This document shows positions 19,978 through 30,899 of a stretch of DNA of 64,000 nucleotides, piece after piece. The notes below the pieces were generated by a model that was not told the DNA's origin, did not search any database, and saw only the letters and a list, made by a program, of their open reading frames with translations. The DNA is from Candidatus Eiseniibacteriota bacterium. Its GTDB lineage: Bacteria; Eisenbacteria; RBG-16-71-46; CAIMUX01; VGJL01. The translations under genes were made by a program, and so were the position numbers. Within the stretch, counting starts at the first letter, position 1. Every line of letters begins with the position of its first letter. The stretch covers positions 960,001-1,024,000 of the forward strand of contig CAWBWI010000006.1 of NCBI GenBank assembly GCA_963792585.1, read 5' to 3'.

Positions 19978-22900
19978 CTAGGCCGGTCTTCCGAGCGCTT
20001 TCTCCTTCGCCTTGTGTTGCCGCTCCGCGTGGGTCATCCGGTTTCGAATACCGTTGCCGATATCGTCGAAGAACGTGTAGACGACCGGCACGCACGACGA
20101 GGGTCAGCAGCTGCTCGTGATCAGGCCGCCGATCACGGCGCGCGCCATCGGCGCGCGGAACTCGGCGCCGGCGCCGAGCGCCAGGGCGAGCGGCAGCATG
20201 CCGAAGATCATCGCCAGGGTGGTCATGACGATCGGCCGCAGGCGGATCTCGCCCGGCGTCGATCAGCGCGCTCGCGCCGGTCCAGGCCCCGCGCTCGCCC
20301 CTGGTTCGCGAAGTCGACGAGCAGGATCGCGTTCTTCGTCACGAGCCCCATCAGCAGGATCAGGCCGATCATGCTCATGAGGTTGAACGTGGTGCCGGTC
20401 GCCAGGAGCATCGATGAGCACGCCGACCATCGACAGCGGCACCGAGAGCATGATCGCCAGCGGCTGCAGGAACGAGCCGAACTGGCTGGCGAGCACCAGG
20501 TAGATGAAGATCGATCGCCAGCATGAGGCTCTCGAGGATGTAGCCGACCGTCTCGCGGAAGTCCTCGCGTCTCGCCGCCGAGGTCGACGCTGTAGCCGGT
20601 CGGCATCGCGAGCTTCGACGCGACGCCTTCTCGATGTCCGCCGGTCACCTCGGTCAGCGTCCGCCCGTCGAAGTTGGCCTCGACCGAGCACGACCCGCTT
20701 CATGTCGCGCCGGTCGATCTTCTGCGGGCTCGCGCTGCGGCTCGATCGATGGCGACGTGCCCCAGCCGCACGATCCGCGGGGCGCCCGGTCGCGGGATCG
20801 CAGGCCGCCGCCGCGAGCGGCAGCGCTGCGAGCTGCTCGACCGACTCGCCGCGCCTCTCGCGGCAGCCGCACGATCACGTCGTGCTGCTCGCCGCTCGGG
20901 ATCCTCCCAGGTCGAGGCCTTCTGGCCCGCGAGCGCCGGCCGCAGCGTCGCGGCGAGCGCGCCGACGCCGACGCCCATCTCGCTCGCCAGATCGCGGCGC
21001 AGGTCGATGCGCACCTCGGGCCGCTCTTCCTCGAGCCCCGACTCCGCCTCGATCGCTCCGGGCGTCCTGCGCACGACCTCGAGCACCTCGTTCGAGATCC
21101 GGCGCAGCTCGTCGATCTGGTCGCCCTTCACGTAGATCTGCGAGCGGCTTCTGCGCGCCGCCGAAACCGCCGGCGTCGAGCACCGAGATCGGCGACCCCG
21201 GGCAGGCTCCCGATCTCGCGCGCGAAGGACACGGCTCCACCTCCTGCTGGGAGCAGGTCGCGCTCGCCCTTGGGCACGAGCTTCACGTAGATCTCCGCCT
21301 CGTTGACCTGCGCGCTGAAGCCGCCGGCGATCGTCTCGTAGGTGTAGTCGACCTCGGGATGGCGGCGCAGCAGCGGCCGAGACCTCGCGCACGCGGTCGC
21401 GCGTGTAGTCGAGCGAGGAGCCCACCGGCGTCTTCACCAGCACGGCGAGCTCCTCGTCGTCGGCGACCGGGCATGAAGCGTGCCGCCGACCAGCGGGAAG
21501 AGCGCGAGCGCCGCGATGAAGGACGCGACCGCGATGCCCAGCGTCGGCCATGCGGTGGCCGAGCGCCCAGCCGATCACGCGCGCGGTAGCGCTTGCCCAG
21601 GCCGACGAAGCCGTCGTTGAACCGCTCGAGCGCGCGCCCAGCGGCCCGCGCGGCCGACGTGGCCCTCGGCGACCGGGTCGTACCAGACCGACGAGAGCAT
21701 CGGGTCGAGGGTGAAGGAGACGAAGAGGCTCACCGCGACCGCGCACGGCCACCGTGACGCCGAACTCGCGGAAGAACTGGCCGACGATGCCGCCCATGAA
21801 GGCGACCGGGACGAACACGCAGAGCGTCGACAGCGGTGGTCGCGAGCACGGCGAGGCCGATCTCGCTGGTGCCCTTGCGGGCCGCCGTGTTGTGGTCCTC
21901 GCCCATCGCCGACGTGGCGGACGATGTTCTCGCGCACGACGATCGCGTCGTCGATCAGGATGCCCGATCGCGAGCGAGAGCGCCATCAGGGTCATCGTGT
22001 TGAGCGTGTAGCCGAAGGCGTAGATCGCCAGGAACGACGGCGATGACCGACACCGGCAGCGTGAGCCCGGTGATCACGGTCGAGCGCCACGAGTTCAGGA
22101 AGGTGAAGACGACGAGCACGGTGAGGAGCGCGCCGATGAGGATCGTCGTCTTCGACGTCCTCGACCGAGTCGCGGATCCACACCGAGTTGTCGCGCACGA
22201 TCGAGAGCTCGACGCCTCCGGGCAGTCGGCCGCGGAGCTCGTCGACCTTCGTCTTCACGCTGGTCGGCGACCTCGACGGTGTTCGCGCCTGAGACCTTGC
22301 GGATGTCGATGCCGATGGCGGGGGTGCCGTTGACGAGCGCCGCCGAGCGCGCCTCCTCGGCGTCGTCGATCGATCGGGCCGACGTCGCCGAGGCGGATCG
22401 GCACGCCCGCCGCGGACGTCGACGACCAGGTCGGTCGAAGTCGGCCGGCTCCCGGAGGCGTCCGGCCACGCGCACGAGCTGCTCGCCGGGACCCAGCTCG
22501 AGCCGTCCCGGCCGGGAATCTCCATGTTCTCCGCGCCGAGCGTCGCCATGACCTGGCCGACCGTGACCGCGCGCGCCGCGAGCCGCTCGGGGTCCAGCTC
22601 CACCACGATCGCGCGCTTCTCGCCGCCGATGATCGTCACCTGGCCGACGCCGTCGACGCCCTCGAGCTCCTTGCGGATCGTCTCGTCGGCGATGGTCGTC
22701 AGCTCGCGCAGCGTGCGCGTGTCCGAGCGCAGCGCGAGGGAGACGATCGGGATGTCCTGCGGGTCGAAGCGCAGCACCAGCGGCTTCTCGATGTCGTCGG
22801 GCAGCTCGTCGCGGATCTGGTCGATCTTCGCGCGCACGTCCTGCTGCGCGTCCATCTGGTCGATCTTCAGCTCGAACTCGATGAAGATCGAGGAGAAGCC

Positions 22901-23161
22901 CCTCGAGCGAAGAGCGAGGTCAGGTTCCGCACCCCGGCGATCGGGTTGACCGCCTCCTCGATCTTGCGGGTGACGTCGCGCTCGACCGTCTCCGGCGAGG
23001 CGCCCGGGATAGACGGTCTGCACCACGATGAAGGGGAAGCTGATGTCCGGCCACTGGTCGATCGACAGGCGGCGGTAGGAGAAGAGGCCCAGCGTGACGA
23101 GCGCCACCATCATCATGGTCGCGAAGACCGGCCGCTTGATCGAGACGTCGGAGAGGAACAT
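19978..23161 (-). CDS. RND efflux permease (AcrB/CzcA family), many frameshifts in this sequence
   Basis: [73 protein letters not shown] fragments; TAG at 19980-19978. Confidence 0.88.
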
Positions 23162-23182
23162 CGCGCTGCTTTCCCGCCTTCC

Positions 23183-24342
23183 CTATTGTCCGTCGTGCCG
23201 GCGTGGCGCCGGTCGCCTGGCTTCCCTTGAGGATCAGGACCTTCGCACCGTCCTTCAGGCCGGGCAGAACTCCGGTCAGCAGCGAGTCGCCCGCGGCGAC
23301 GTCGCCGATGCAGCTCGCCGACGCCTGCATCCGTCGTCGATCGAGCCCGGTCCGGATCGGAAGCCGCTGAGCCCGTCCTGCCGCGTAGCCGATAGACCAC
23401 CTCGTCCTGTCCTTCCTTGCGGATCGTCCGATGGGTGCCGCAAGGGCCTGCTCGCGCGACCTGGTCCACGACGCGCCCGCTGGCGAAGAGCCCGCCGACC
23501 AGGCGTCCGTCCGGGTTCGGGAGGCGCATGTAGATCCGAACCTGGCGGGTGCCGGGTTCGGTCGTGGGATTGACGCGATCGACCTTCCCCTCGAAGACCT
23601 CGTCGGGATAGGCGTCGACGCGGAAGCGGATCGTCGCGCCCGGCCGCACGCGGGCGAGCGCCTCCGACGGGACCGTCGCCGACAGCTCGAGCGTCCGAGT
23701 TGTCGACGATGGTGAAGAGGCGGTCGCCGACAGCCGTGCGGTCGCCGCCGTGCACGAACACCTTGCTCACCCAGCCGGTGATCGGGCTCGGCACATCGAG
23801 TCGCTCGGCGTCCTCCTTCGCGCGGTTTCGCATCGCGACCGCATTGTCGACGGCCGCCTGCGCTGCGGAGCGCTGCGCCTCGGCCGCCTCGAGATCGCTC
23901 GAGGAGGCGGCGCCCGCGTCGAAGAGCCGCTTCACGCGCGCGCACCGTTCTCCGCCGCCGACAGCCCCGCTTGCGCGGCGAGCATGCCGGCCTCCGCGGC
24001 GGTGAGCCTGTCGTTGACGTCACGCGGTCGGTATATCGCCAGGGCTTGCCCGCGCTGGATCGCCTGGCCCTCCCGCACCATGCACGGCGTCGAGATCGCC
24101 GTCGAAGCGCGACGTGATCTCCACGGTCTGCACCGGCGCGAGATCTCCGGTGAACGCCACGCCGGATTCGATCCGGCGCGTCTGGATCCGGACCACGTCT
24201 TCCGCGTTCACCTGGACGACACTCTCCTCGACCGTCCTCGAGTTTGCGTTCTTGCGCGTGCACCCCGCAGGGGCCAGGAGCACCAGCGCGCCCAGAATCG
24301 CCATGGCCCACTCACGAATTCTGGTTCCATCGGCTTCCTCAT
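23183..24342 (-). CDS. RND periplasmic adaptor (membrane fusion protein), frameshifted
   Basis: Lipobox-like LAPAGC, VAFTGDLAP, SPITGWVSK, VDAYPDEVFEGKVDRVNP; both ends approximate. Confidence 0.8.
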
Positions 24343-24352
24343 CGCCGGCCCC

Positions 24353-25834
24353 TCAGCGAGATCCGTCGATCGACGGAGCGATCGAGGAGAAGAGTGGCCG
24401 TCCGGTGTAACGCTCCAGTCGGGCGAGCGCGACGAAGTAGTCGTGACGTGCGCTCGCCTCGTTCATCTGCGCGATCTGGTACGCCGCGCGGGAATCCTTG
24501 ACCTCGAGGAGATCGGTCGCCCCTTCGTCGAAGCGCAGGCTCGCCAGCTCGTACGCGCGCTTCGCAAGCTCGACCGTGCGGGTGCGCGCCCGAAGATCCG
24601 CCGCCGCCCGCTCCAGGTCGAGGCTGCTCTGGATCACACCCTCGCGGACGATCTCTCTCGTCTGCTGGAGGGTCTGAACTTGCTGGTCCCGCTGCGCTTT
24701 GGTCTGCTGGATCACCCCGCGCGTCCGGAACCCGTCGAAGAGATTCCACGAGAACGACATCCCCGCATTGACGTCCTTCTGCCACTGCCCGGACCTGGGG
24801 AAGAGGTCGGTCGGGTAGGCCTGCTCGGAGAAGTTCGCGAAGAGCGAGATCGCGGGCCACTTGCCGCTCGCGGAGACCGTCACCGCGTGCTCACGCGCCT
24901 TGACCGCCTCCGAGAGCGCCACGATGCCGGACGCCTCGAGGGCCGCTCCGACCAGACCGGTCGTATCCACCAACGCAGGCTCCGATGGGACGGCCGCGTC
25001 GTCGAGCAGAGCGCTCGCGAGCACGATCGGTTTCGCGTTGGGAATGTTCGCAAGACGGTAGAGCTCGAGATAGGCGATCTCCCGCGCGCTGGCCGCCTGC
25101 TTCACCACGGGAACCTGGTTGTCCCTCTGGACCTCGGCCTGCAGAAGTTCGAACTCCGACGCGTTCCCCACGTCCTTTCGCAAGCGCACGCGCTCGAGTT
25201 GCCTCTCGGTCTGATCGAGCCCGAGCTTCGCGACCTCGACCCCGCGGTCGGCCAGGAGCGCGTTCAGGTAGGCCTCGCGCACCCTGAGGACGACGTCATC
25301 GGCCCGATCCCGGCGGGAGTTCTCGACCGAACGCATGGCATGTTTCGCCGCCGCGATCGAGCCCCAGATCGATCCGCCCTCGAAGAGCTTCTGCGTGAGG
25401 CCCAGCGATGCGTTCCAGGTGTTCTTGCTCCCGAACGCCGTCGAGCTGAAGAGGCGGGCGAGCCCTCCAAACGCCGCGTCCGGCGTGTTGTCCTCGAGGT
25501 ACTTGACCCGGTCCTCCAAGGAGGCGGTCGAGTCCGGATCCCACGACGGTCCCGCCGACGAGTCCAGCTGGCGGAACACGCTCTCGATCTGCCGCGTGTA
25601 GTTCACACCGAAGTGGAGCTGCGGCAGCGCAGTTGAGCGCGCCTGCTGATAAGCGGCGTGCGCCGTTGCGTAGTCCGCCTCGGCCAGCTTCATCTCCTCG
25701 CCGGCATCGAGCGCACGCGTGATCGCCTCGCCGAGCGTCAGCCGCAAGGTGTCGGCGTCGGCGGCCGTTGCGACCCCCACCGCCCCCATCGACACGCAGC
25801 CGACGAGCGCGATCATCGCACCCATCCACCTCAT
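24353..25834 (-). CDS. TolC-family outer-membrane efflux protein
   Basis: Signal peptide, LTLGEAI, two OEP-like repeats, GATDLLEV. Confidence 0.9.
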   Translation of the reverse strand: MRWMGAMIALVGCVSMGAVGVATAADADTLRLTLGEAITRALDAGEEMKLAEADYATAHAAYQQARSTALPQLHFGVNYTRQIESVFRQLDSSAGPSWDPDSTASLEDRVKYLEDNTPDAAFGGLARLFSSTAFGSKNTWNASLGLTQKLFEGGSIWGSIAAAKHAMRSVENSRRDRADDVVLRVREAYLNALLADRGVEVAKLGLDQTERQLERVRLRKDVGNASEFELLQAEVQRDNQVPVVKQAASAREIAYLELYRLANIPNAKPIVLASALLDDAAVPSEPALVDTTGLVGAALEASGIVALSEAVKAREHAVTVSASGKWPAISLFANFSEQAYPTDLFPRSGQWQKDVNAGMSFSWNLFDGFRTRGVIQQTKAQRDQQVQTLQQTREIVREGVIQSSLDLERAAADLRARTRTVELAKRAYELASLRFDEGATDLLEVKDSRAAYQIAQMNEASARHDYFVALARLERYTGRPLFSSIAPSIDGSR

Positions 25835-26454
25835 CCACGCACCTCCTCAAGACCGCGCATGACCAGATCGAAGAGAGACTCTTCCAGATGATCCGGAATG
25901 ATGTCGATGTCCCCCGAGAGAACCGCCGACACATACATCGCGACCGATGAAAGGATGAGGACCGCCGCGACTTCCGGTTCGCACTTCCGAAGCTCCTCGC
26001 GGGCCATGCCTTCCTCGATCGCGAGGACAATATCGCGGAAGATCTGATGGCCTTCCGCCTTGTAGTCGAACCCCAGAGGCAGCACCCCCGGCATGGTCAG
26101 GGTGACGTACGCGAATGCGTAGACCGCGGGTTGCATCCGCGCGAGTGAAACATGGCCCCGGAGCAACTCGCGGATCCTCTCACGTGCCGGGATGTCGCGC
26201 GTCAGCACTTCCTGATCGGCGCATCGGCACGAGTCGAGCGCCTCGCGCAGGAGGCTCGAGAAGAGGCGTTCCTTGTTCTCGAAGTGATAGAAGATCAGGG
26301 GCTTCGTCACCCCCGCCTCGATGGCGATCCGACGCATCGAGGTTCCTACGTAGCCGTGAACGGCATAGAGGCGTGCGGCCGCGTGGAGGATCCGTTCGCG
26401 CGCTGACTCCGTCGCCGCCAAGTCGGTCGGCGCTATCTTCGTGGCCTTCTCCAT
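25831..26454 (-). CDS. TetR/AcrR family regulator
   Basis: RERILHAAARLY...GYVGTSMRRIA...GVTKPLIFYHFENKE. Confidence 0.92.
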   Translation of the reverse strand: MEKATKIAPTDLAATESARERILHAAARLYAVHGYVGTSMRRIAIEAGVTKPLIFYHFENKERLFSSLLREALDSCRCADQEVLTRDIPARERIRELLRGHVSLARMQPAVYAFAYVTLTMPGVLPLGFDYKAEGHQIFRDIVLAIEEGMAREELRKCEPEVAAVLILSSVAMYVSAVLSGDIDIIPDHLEESLFDLVMRGLEEVRG

Positions 26455-26483
26455 ATCCTGACCTTTCGGTCAGGATATGGAGA
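26448..26483. promoter_or_regulatory. Perfect 16-bp inverted repeat over the tetR start (probable operator)
   Basis: TCTCCATATCCTGACC-TTTC-GGTCAGGATATGGAGA. Confidence 0.7.
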
Positions 26484-26565
26484 CTCGACTCGGACGCAAA
26501 GAGAATTGTTTCACGAAAAGTGCTACTTCAGGCGAGTTGGCTCTAACTCTTTATATACGAATGTG

Positions 26566-27762
26566 TTAGTCCTTGGAATCGACCTTTCGCTCACGCGCGC
26601 CGAGCCGCAGGGAGGGCGCGCGCACGACCGTGCCCCGGCCAAACCGATCTTGAATTCGGTCGATCGTGTCCGCCAGCCGGCGCCGGCGTGTGTCCGGCTC
26701 GTCCTGTCCGAAGAGGGTGAGGTCCGCCCCTTGATGTGCGATCGCGCTCATGCCGACCCCGATCAGGCGCAGGGGTCGGTGGTCCCACGTCGTCTCGAAG
26801 AGCCGTCTTGCCTCGGCATAGATCGTCTCGGCAAGACAGGTGGCCTGCGGAAGCTTGCGCTGCCGGGTCAGGGTCGAGAAGTCTCCATATCGGAGCTTGA
26901 TCTGCACGACCTGTCCGGCGACGCCATCTCGCCGTAGCCGCCGCGCGACCCTCGATGCCTGATCGAGCATCATCGCCGCGAGCATATCGGGATCGTTCTG
27001 GTCCCGACCGAATGTCTCCTCGTGGCTGTACGACTTCGCTTCCCAATCGGGAACCACTCCGCGTTCGTCCCGTCCCCGGGCAAGATCGCAGAGTCGCTCC
27101 CCCCACGCGCCGAACCGGCGCACGAGACGCTCCCGCGGCACACCGGTGAGATCTCCGATCGTCTCGATCCCGATCGCCTGAAGCTGGGCGAGCGTCTTGG
27201 GACCAACACCCCATAGCCTGCCGATCGGCAGGGGCGCAAGGAACGACTCGACCTCGCCTTGCCCGACCACGACCAGTCCGTCCGGCTTCTTCAGATCGGA
27301 TGCGATCTTCGCCACGAATTTCTGCGGGGCGATGCCAACCGAGGCGGTGAGCCGCGTCGCCTCGCGGATCTCGCGTTTGATGCGGCTTCCGGTCTCCTCG
27401 GGGGTCCCAAAGATCCGCGCGGTCCCGGTCAAGTCGAAGAAGGCCTCATCGAGGCTGAGAGGTTCCACGAGCGGGGAGAAGCGGTGGAGCACCTCCATCA
27501 CCTGCGCGGAGACATCCTGGTACTTCCGCATGTCGCCGGGAATCCGCACGAGTTGTGGACAGAGACGCAGCGCGCGGCCCATCGGCATCGCGGAGTGGAT
27601 CCCGTAGCGACGCGCTTCGTACGAGGCGGCCGCGACGACGCCGCGCCCTTCGGCCGAGCCGCCGACAACGACGGGCTTGCCCTGCAACGACGGATCATCG
27701 CGGATCTCGATCGACGCGTAGAAGGCGTCCATATCGGTATGACAGATCCAGCGGTCGGTCAC
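26566..27762 (-). CDS. dinB: DNA polymerase IV
   Basis: HTDMDAFYASIE, AASYEARRYGIHSAMP, SLDEAF, AKIASDLKKPDG, little-finger domain. Confidence 0.95.
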   Translation of the reverse strand: MTDRWICHTDMDAFYASIEIRDDPSLQGKPVVVGGSAEGRGVVAAASYEARRYGIHSAMPMGRALRLCPQLVRIPGDMRKYQDVSAQVMEVLHRFSPLVEPLSLDEAFFDLTGTARIFGTPEETGSRIKREIREATRLTASVGIAPQKFVAKIASDLKKPDGLVVVGQGEVESFLAPLPIGRLWGVGPKTLAQLQAIGIETIGDLTGVPRERLVRRFGAWGERLCDLARGRDERGVVPDWEAKSYSHEETFGRDQNDPDMLAAMMLDQASRVARRLRRDGVAGQVVQIKLRYGDFSTLTRQRKLPQATCLAETIYAEARRLFETTWDHRPLRLIGVGMSAIAHQGADLTLFGQDEPDTRRRRLADTIDRIQDRFGRGTVVRAPSLRLGARERKVDSKD

Positions 27763-27774
27763 GCGAACCTCAGA

Positions 27775-28818
27775 TCACAGAATGACTCCCAACTGAACGA
27801 GAATCCCATGGGCGACAGCATCGTCGTCCAGGTCCGCCGGAAGCAAGGTGGTCCGCAACCGAATCGACAGGGTGAGGTCGGTGTCGTCCCAACGGTCCAG
27901 GCGGGCGCCGAAACCCACCTCGCCCGTGACGACCATGGCGTCCACGTCGCCTCCGCAATCGTAACCGCAGTCGTAGGATACGGTCTTCCACTGGGGCGTG
28001 ATGCGGTCTCCGTGGCTGAAATGGAGTCGGTGTAGCCCAAGCCCGACGCCAAGGTGTCCCGGATGATCCCGTGACGGGAGCACCTTGCCGCCGAAGATCT
28101 CGTAGACCGTCCAATCGACCGAGCGCGCCTCGCCGTCGGCCGGGACGATGCCTCCCGACCATGCGATGCCGGCGAACGGAATCCCCATCTCGACGAACGA
28201 CTCCTTCATCTCCCGTCGCAGGTAGAAGCGGAGACTCGTCAGCCGCGTCTGCCCGCCGTAGGTGTCGGAAAGGGGATAGAGCGCCCCAAATCCGAACCCA
28301 AGGCGTGGGGCCACCTTCGAATGCCGCCTGACTTCGACGCGCCGCGCGACCGGTCGGCCCGTCCCGATTGCGCCCGCGAGACCTGCCAGCAGATCGGGAA
28401 GGTCCCCCTCCGTGGGGACGGTGAGCTGATCCCGGAAGTAGGGCGCCTCCGCCCCGACCCGCGTCGACTGGATCCGGACGGTGATCCTCTCGCCGAGGCG
28501 AATCAACGTTCCATAGACGACCCGATCGGCGCCCGCGCGTTCCGCTTCGACCACGGCGCATCGCATCTCGTCGCACGCGGCTGCTTCGCCTGCGAGTGAA
28601 GCTTCGGTATCCACGGGAATCAAGACGAAGCCTCGAGCCTCGAGTTCTCCCGACAAGACCGCGCGCACCGCCGTGATCGTCGCCTCTCCGACCCCGATTG
28701 CGCGGAAGGGAAGGACGAGCATCGTCTCTCCTTCCGCCGCATGAGCGATCGGCGTCGCATGGGCTAATGACGCCACAATGACGAGCAACGTCGCGATCAG
28801 ACCCGCCGCGCGCGTCAT
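27775..28818 (-). CDS. Exported protein: CsgG/TolB-N-like N-domain + probable OM beta-barrel
   Basis: Signal peptide, LVLPF...GADRVVYGTLIRLGE, amphipathic beta C-terminus; paralog of the next gene. Confidence 0.6.
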   Translation of the reverse strand: MTRAAGLIATLLVIVASLAHATPIAHAAEGETMLVLPFRAIGVGEATITAVRAVLSGELEARGFVLIPVDTEASLAGEAAACDEMRCAVVEAERAGADRVVYGTLIRLGERITVRIQSTRVGAEAPYFRDQLTVPTEGDLPDLLAGLAGAIGTGRPVARRVEVRRHSKVAPRLGFGFGALYPLSDTYGGQTRLTSLRFYLRREMKESFVEMGIPFAGIAWSGGIVPADGEARSVDWTVYEIFGGKVLPSRDHPGHLGVGLGLHRLHFSHGDRITPQWKTVSYDCGYDCGGDVDAMVVTGEVGFGARLDRWDDTDLTLSIRLRTTLLPADLDDDAVAHGILVQLGVIL

Positions 28819-28836
28819 GGCGTTCTCTCTCCCGCC

Positions 28837-29850
28837 CTATCGCGTCGTTCCAAAGGTGAGGGCGATGCCGTGCGCCCCGTTTCCGCCCGCCCCGCTGAAA
28901 CCGCTGAACGTCACGTGATAGCGCAGATCGACGGCCACCTGGAAATCGTGCGTCCGAAGAAACAGCATTCCGACGCCCGCATCGGCGGTCAGGGTCGTCT
29001 GGGAGTCCTCTCGGGTCTCGCACCATTCGTAACCATAGTAGGGCTCCCGGTAACATCGATCGTTCCGCTCCACCCGGACGGAATGCACCCCCAGCCCGCC
29101 CCCGACATAGGTCGCGCGATCTTTGATCCCGTAGATCTTCGCGCCGTAGAGATCGAGGATCGTCCAGTCGATCGCCTTCCCCTCGTTGCGTGCCTCACTG
29201 CCTCCCCATGCGAGGCCCGTGAGGGTCGTGGACTCGATCAAGTAGTCGTGCGTCTCGTACTTGTAGGCGAAGCGGATGCTCGTCAGGCGTTCCGCGCCGC
29301 CGTAGCTGTCGCCCAGCGGCCAGAGGAAACCGGCCCGCATGCCAATGCCCCGGCGACTCGCCTGCGTGCGTGGCTTGCGCGTTTCCTCTCGGGTCACCGT
29401 GTCGATGCTCGGGCCCCCTACGGTCGGTTGTTCCGCCGCGATCGCCTCGGCGAAACGCCGCATGATGACGTCGAGATCCTCGACCGTCATCGAGTTGAGC
29501 TGATCGTTGAAGAACGGGGTGGTCTCGCCGACCTTCAGGGCGTGCACCCGGCAGATGATCTTCTCTCCCAGGCGGCTCAGGCTTCCGTATACGACGCGGT
29601 CGGCGCCCGCGGCCCGGGCCGCCTCCGACGCGGCCGCGGGGTCTTCCGTTCCCATGGGCAAGGCGACGGTTACGGAGGTGGGGACGATCAGGACGCCCCG
29701 AGCCTGCAGGTCTTCCCGAAGGACACCAGCCGCAACGGTCGCGGTCGCGTCGTCGAGCCCGATCGTCTGAAACGGCAGGACGAGGGTCGAGGCCCCCGCC
29801 CCGGTGGCGAGCAGCAGGGCCAACAGGGGTAGGATCGAGAGGCGGCGCAT
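28837..29850 (-). CDS. Exported protein: CsgG/TolB-N-like N-domain + probable OM beta-barrel
   Basis: LVLPF...GADRVVYGSLSRLGE, YVGGGLGVH, DLRYH, HGIALTFG. Confidence 0.6.
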   Translation of the reverse strand: MRRLSILPLLALLLATGAGASTLVLPFQTIGLDDATATVAAGVLREDLQARGVLIVPTSVTVALPMGTEDPAAASEAARAAGADRVVYGSLSRLGEKIICRVHALKVGETTPFFNDQLNSMTVEDLDVIMRRFAEAIAAEQPTVGGPSIDTVTREETRKPRTQASRRGIGMRAGFLWPLGDSYGGAERLTSIRFAYKYETHDYLIESTTLTGLAWGGSEARNEGKAIDWTILDLYGAKIYGIKDRATYVGGGLGVHSVRVERNDRCYREPYYGYEWCETREDSQTTLTADAGVGMLFLRTHDFQVAVDLRYHVTFSGFSGAGGNGAHGIALTFGTTR

Positions 29851-29887
29851 CGAATCCTCCTTGGCGGCCGCATGGACCGGCCGCCGT

Positions 29888-30559
29888 CTAGAACGGCGAG
29901 ATTCCGTAGCGGTTCCAGTAGAAAACGGTCTTGGCGGTTTCCGTGAAGACCGCCATCATCTCCCGCTCCCGGGTCCACCAGCGGTTCGGCTTCTCCGCGC
30001 TGAGATCGGCCGGGAGGGTCTCGAGCGTCATATCGATCCCGGACCCGCGGAAGACCCGAAGAAACGTGGCGCGGGCCCGCCGGCTATGGAAGGGGGAGGT
30101 CACCACGATCGCGGTCCGGACGCGGTGTTCCTGCAACGCGCGAAGGGCGTCGTGCGCCTCGTCGTACGTGCTCTTCGCTCCGAGCGCGACCCACACGTCA
30201 TCGGCGGGAACGCCCTTGCGGATCGCGATCCGGCGTTTCACCTCGGCCATCGACAGCGAGTCCCCGCCCGTGTAGACGGGCAAGAGCGGCACGTCCGGTC
30301 CGGTGACGAGCAATGCTCCCGCCCGTCCCTGTCGCCAGATCCGCAGGGCCGCGCCGAGCCGTTCTCCTTCGCCGCCCGCGAGGACGACCACCGCATCCGC
30401 CTTGCGTGGAGGATCGGTCCTGATGAGCCATCGGGCGTATCCGGTCAGCATGGCGGGGCCGAGCACCATCGCAAGAACGGCGATCAGCGTCAGGACGAGC
30501 AGGACCCGGGCGGGACGAATGTCGAGCCGCCAGAGCGGGTCCCAGGGACGCGATCGCAC
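29888..30559 (-). CDS. YdcF/ElyC (DUF218) family protein
   Basis: ADAVVVLAGG, STYDEA, IVVTSPFHSRRA. Confidence 0.88.
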   Translation of the reverse strand: MRSRPWDPLWRLDIRPARVLLVLTLIAVLAMVLGPAMLTGYARWLIRTDPPRKADAVVVLAGGEGERLGAALRIWRQGRAGALLVTGPDVPLLPVYTGGDSLSMAEVKRRIAIRKGVPADDVWVALGAKSTYDEAHDALRALQEHRVRTAIVVTSPFHSRRARATFLRVFRGSGIDMTLETLPADLSAEKPNRWWTREREMMAVFTETAKTVFYWNRYGISPF

Positions 30560-30898
30560 TCACGCCTCCGCGATGTCGCGCAGTGTGGCGAGCGCGAAGA
30601 GATAGATTACGGCGAGCGCTGTTCCGAACCAGAAGTACCAGAGCGTGGCGAACGCGATCGCGGCCGCGGCCACGCGCATTCTCCGATGCCCGAGCACGAC
30701 GCTCACGGTCACGGCGATCCAGATCAGACCGAAGACGGCGAGGAAGACTCCCATCCTCGCCGGGTCGATTCCGGCGATCGCGACCACCCGCGCCCAGGGT
30801 TGCGGCTCCTCCGAGCCGCTCGGCCAGAGAAGCCCGCGCGCCTCCACGAGCATTCCCAGTCCTTGGAGCACGCCCGCGAAACGGAACGTCCACTTCAT
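30560..30898 (-). CDS. Small membrane protein
   Basis: 3-4 hydrophobic segments; sits in an operon with its neighbours. Confidence 0.6.
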   Translation of the reverse strand: MKWTFRFAGVLQGLGMLVEARGLLWPSGSEEPQPWARVVAIAGIDPARMGVFLAVFGLIWIAVTVSVVLGHRRMRVAAAAIAFATLWYFWFGTALAVIYLFALATLRDIAEA

Positions 30899-30899
30899 C

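Noticed and set aside
19978..24342. RND permease and adaptor broken into many fragments; possible pseudogenes or programmed frameshifts
   Set aside because: Dense single-base indels with motifs otherwise intact and intact tolC/tetR neighbours fit low-coverage long-read error better. Reads are needed to exclude real decay.
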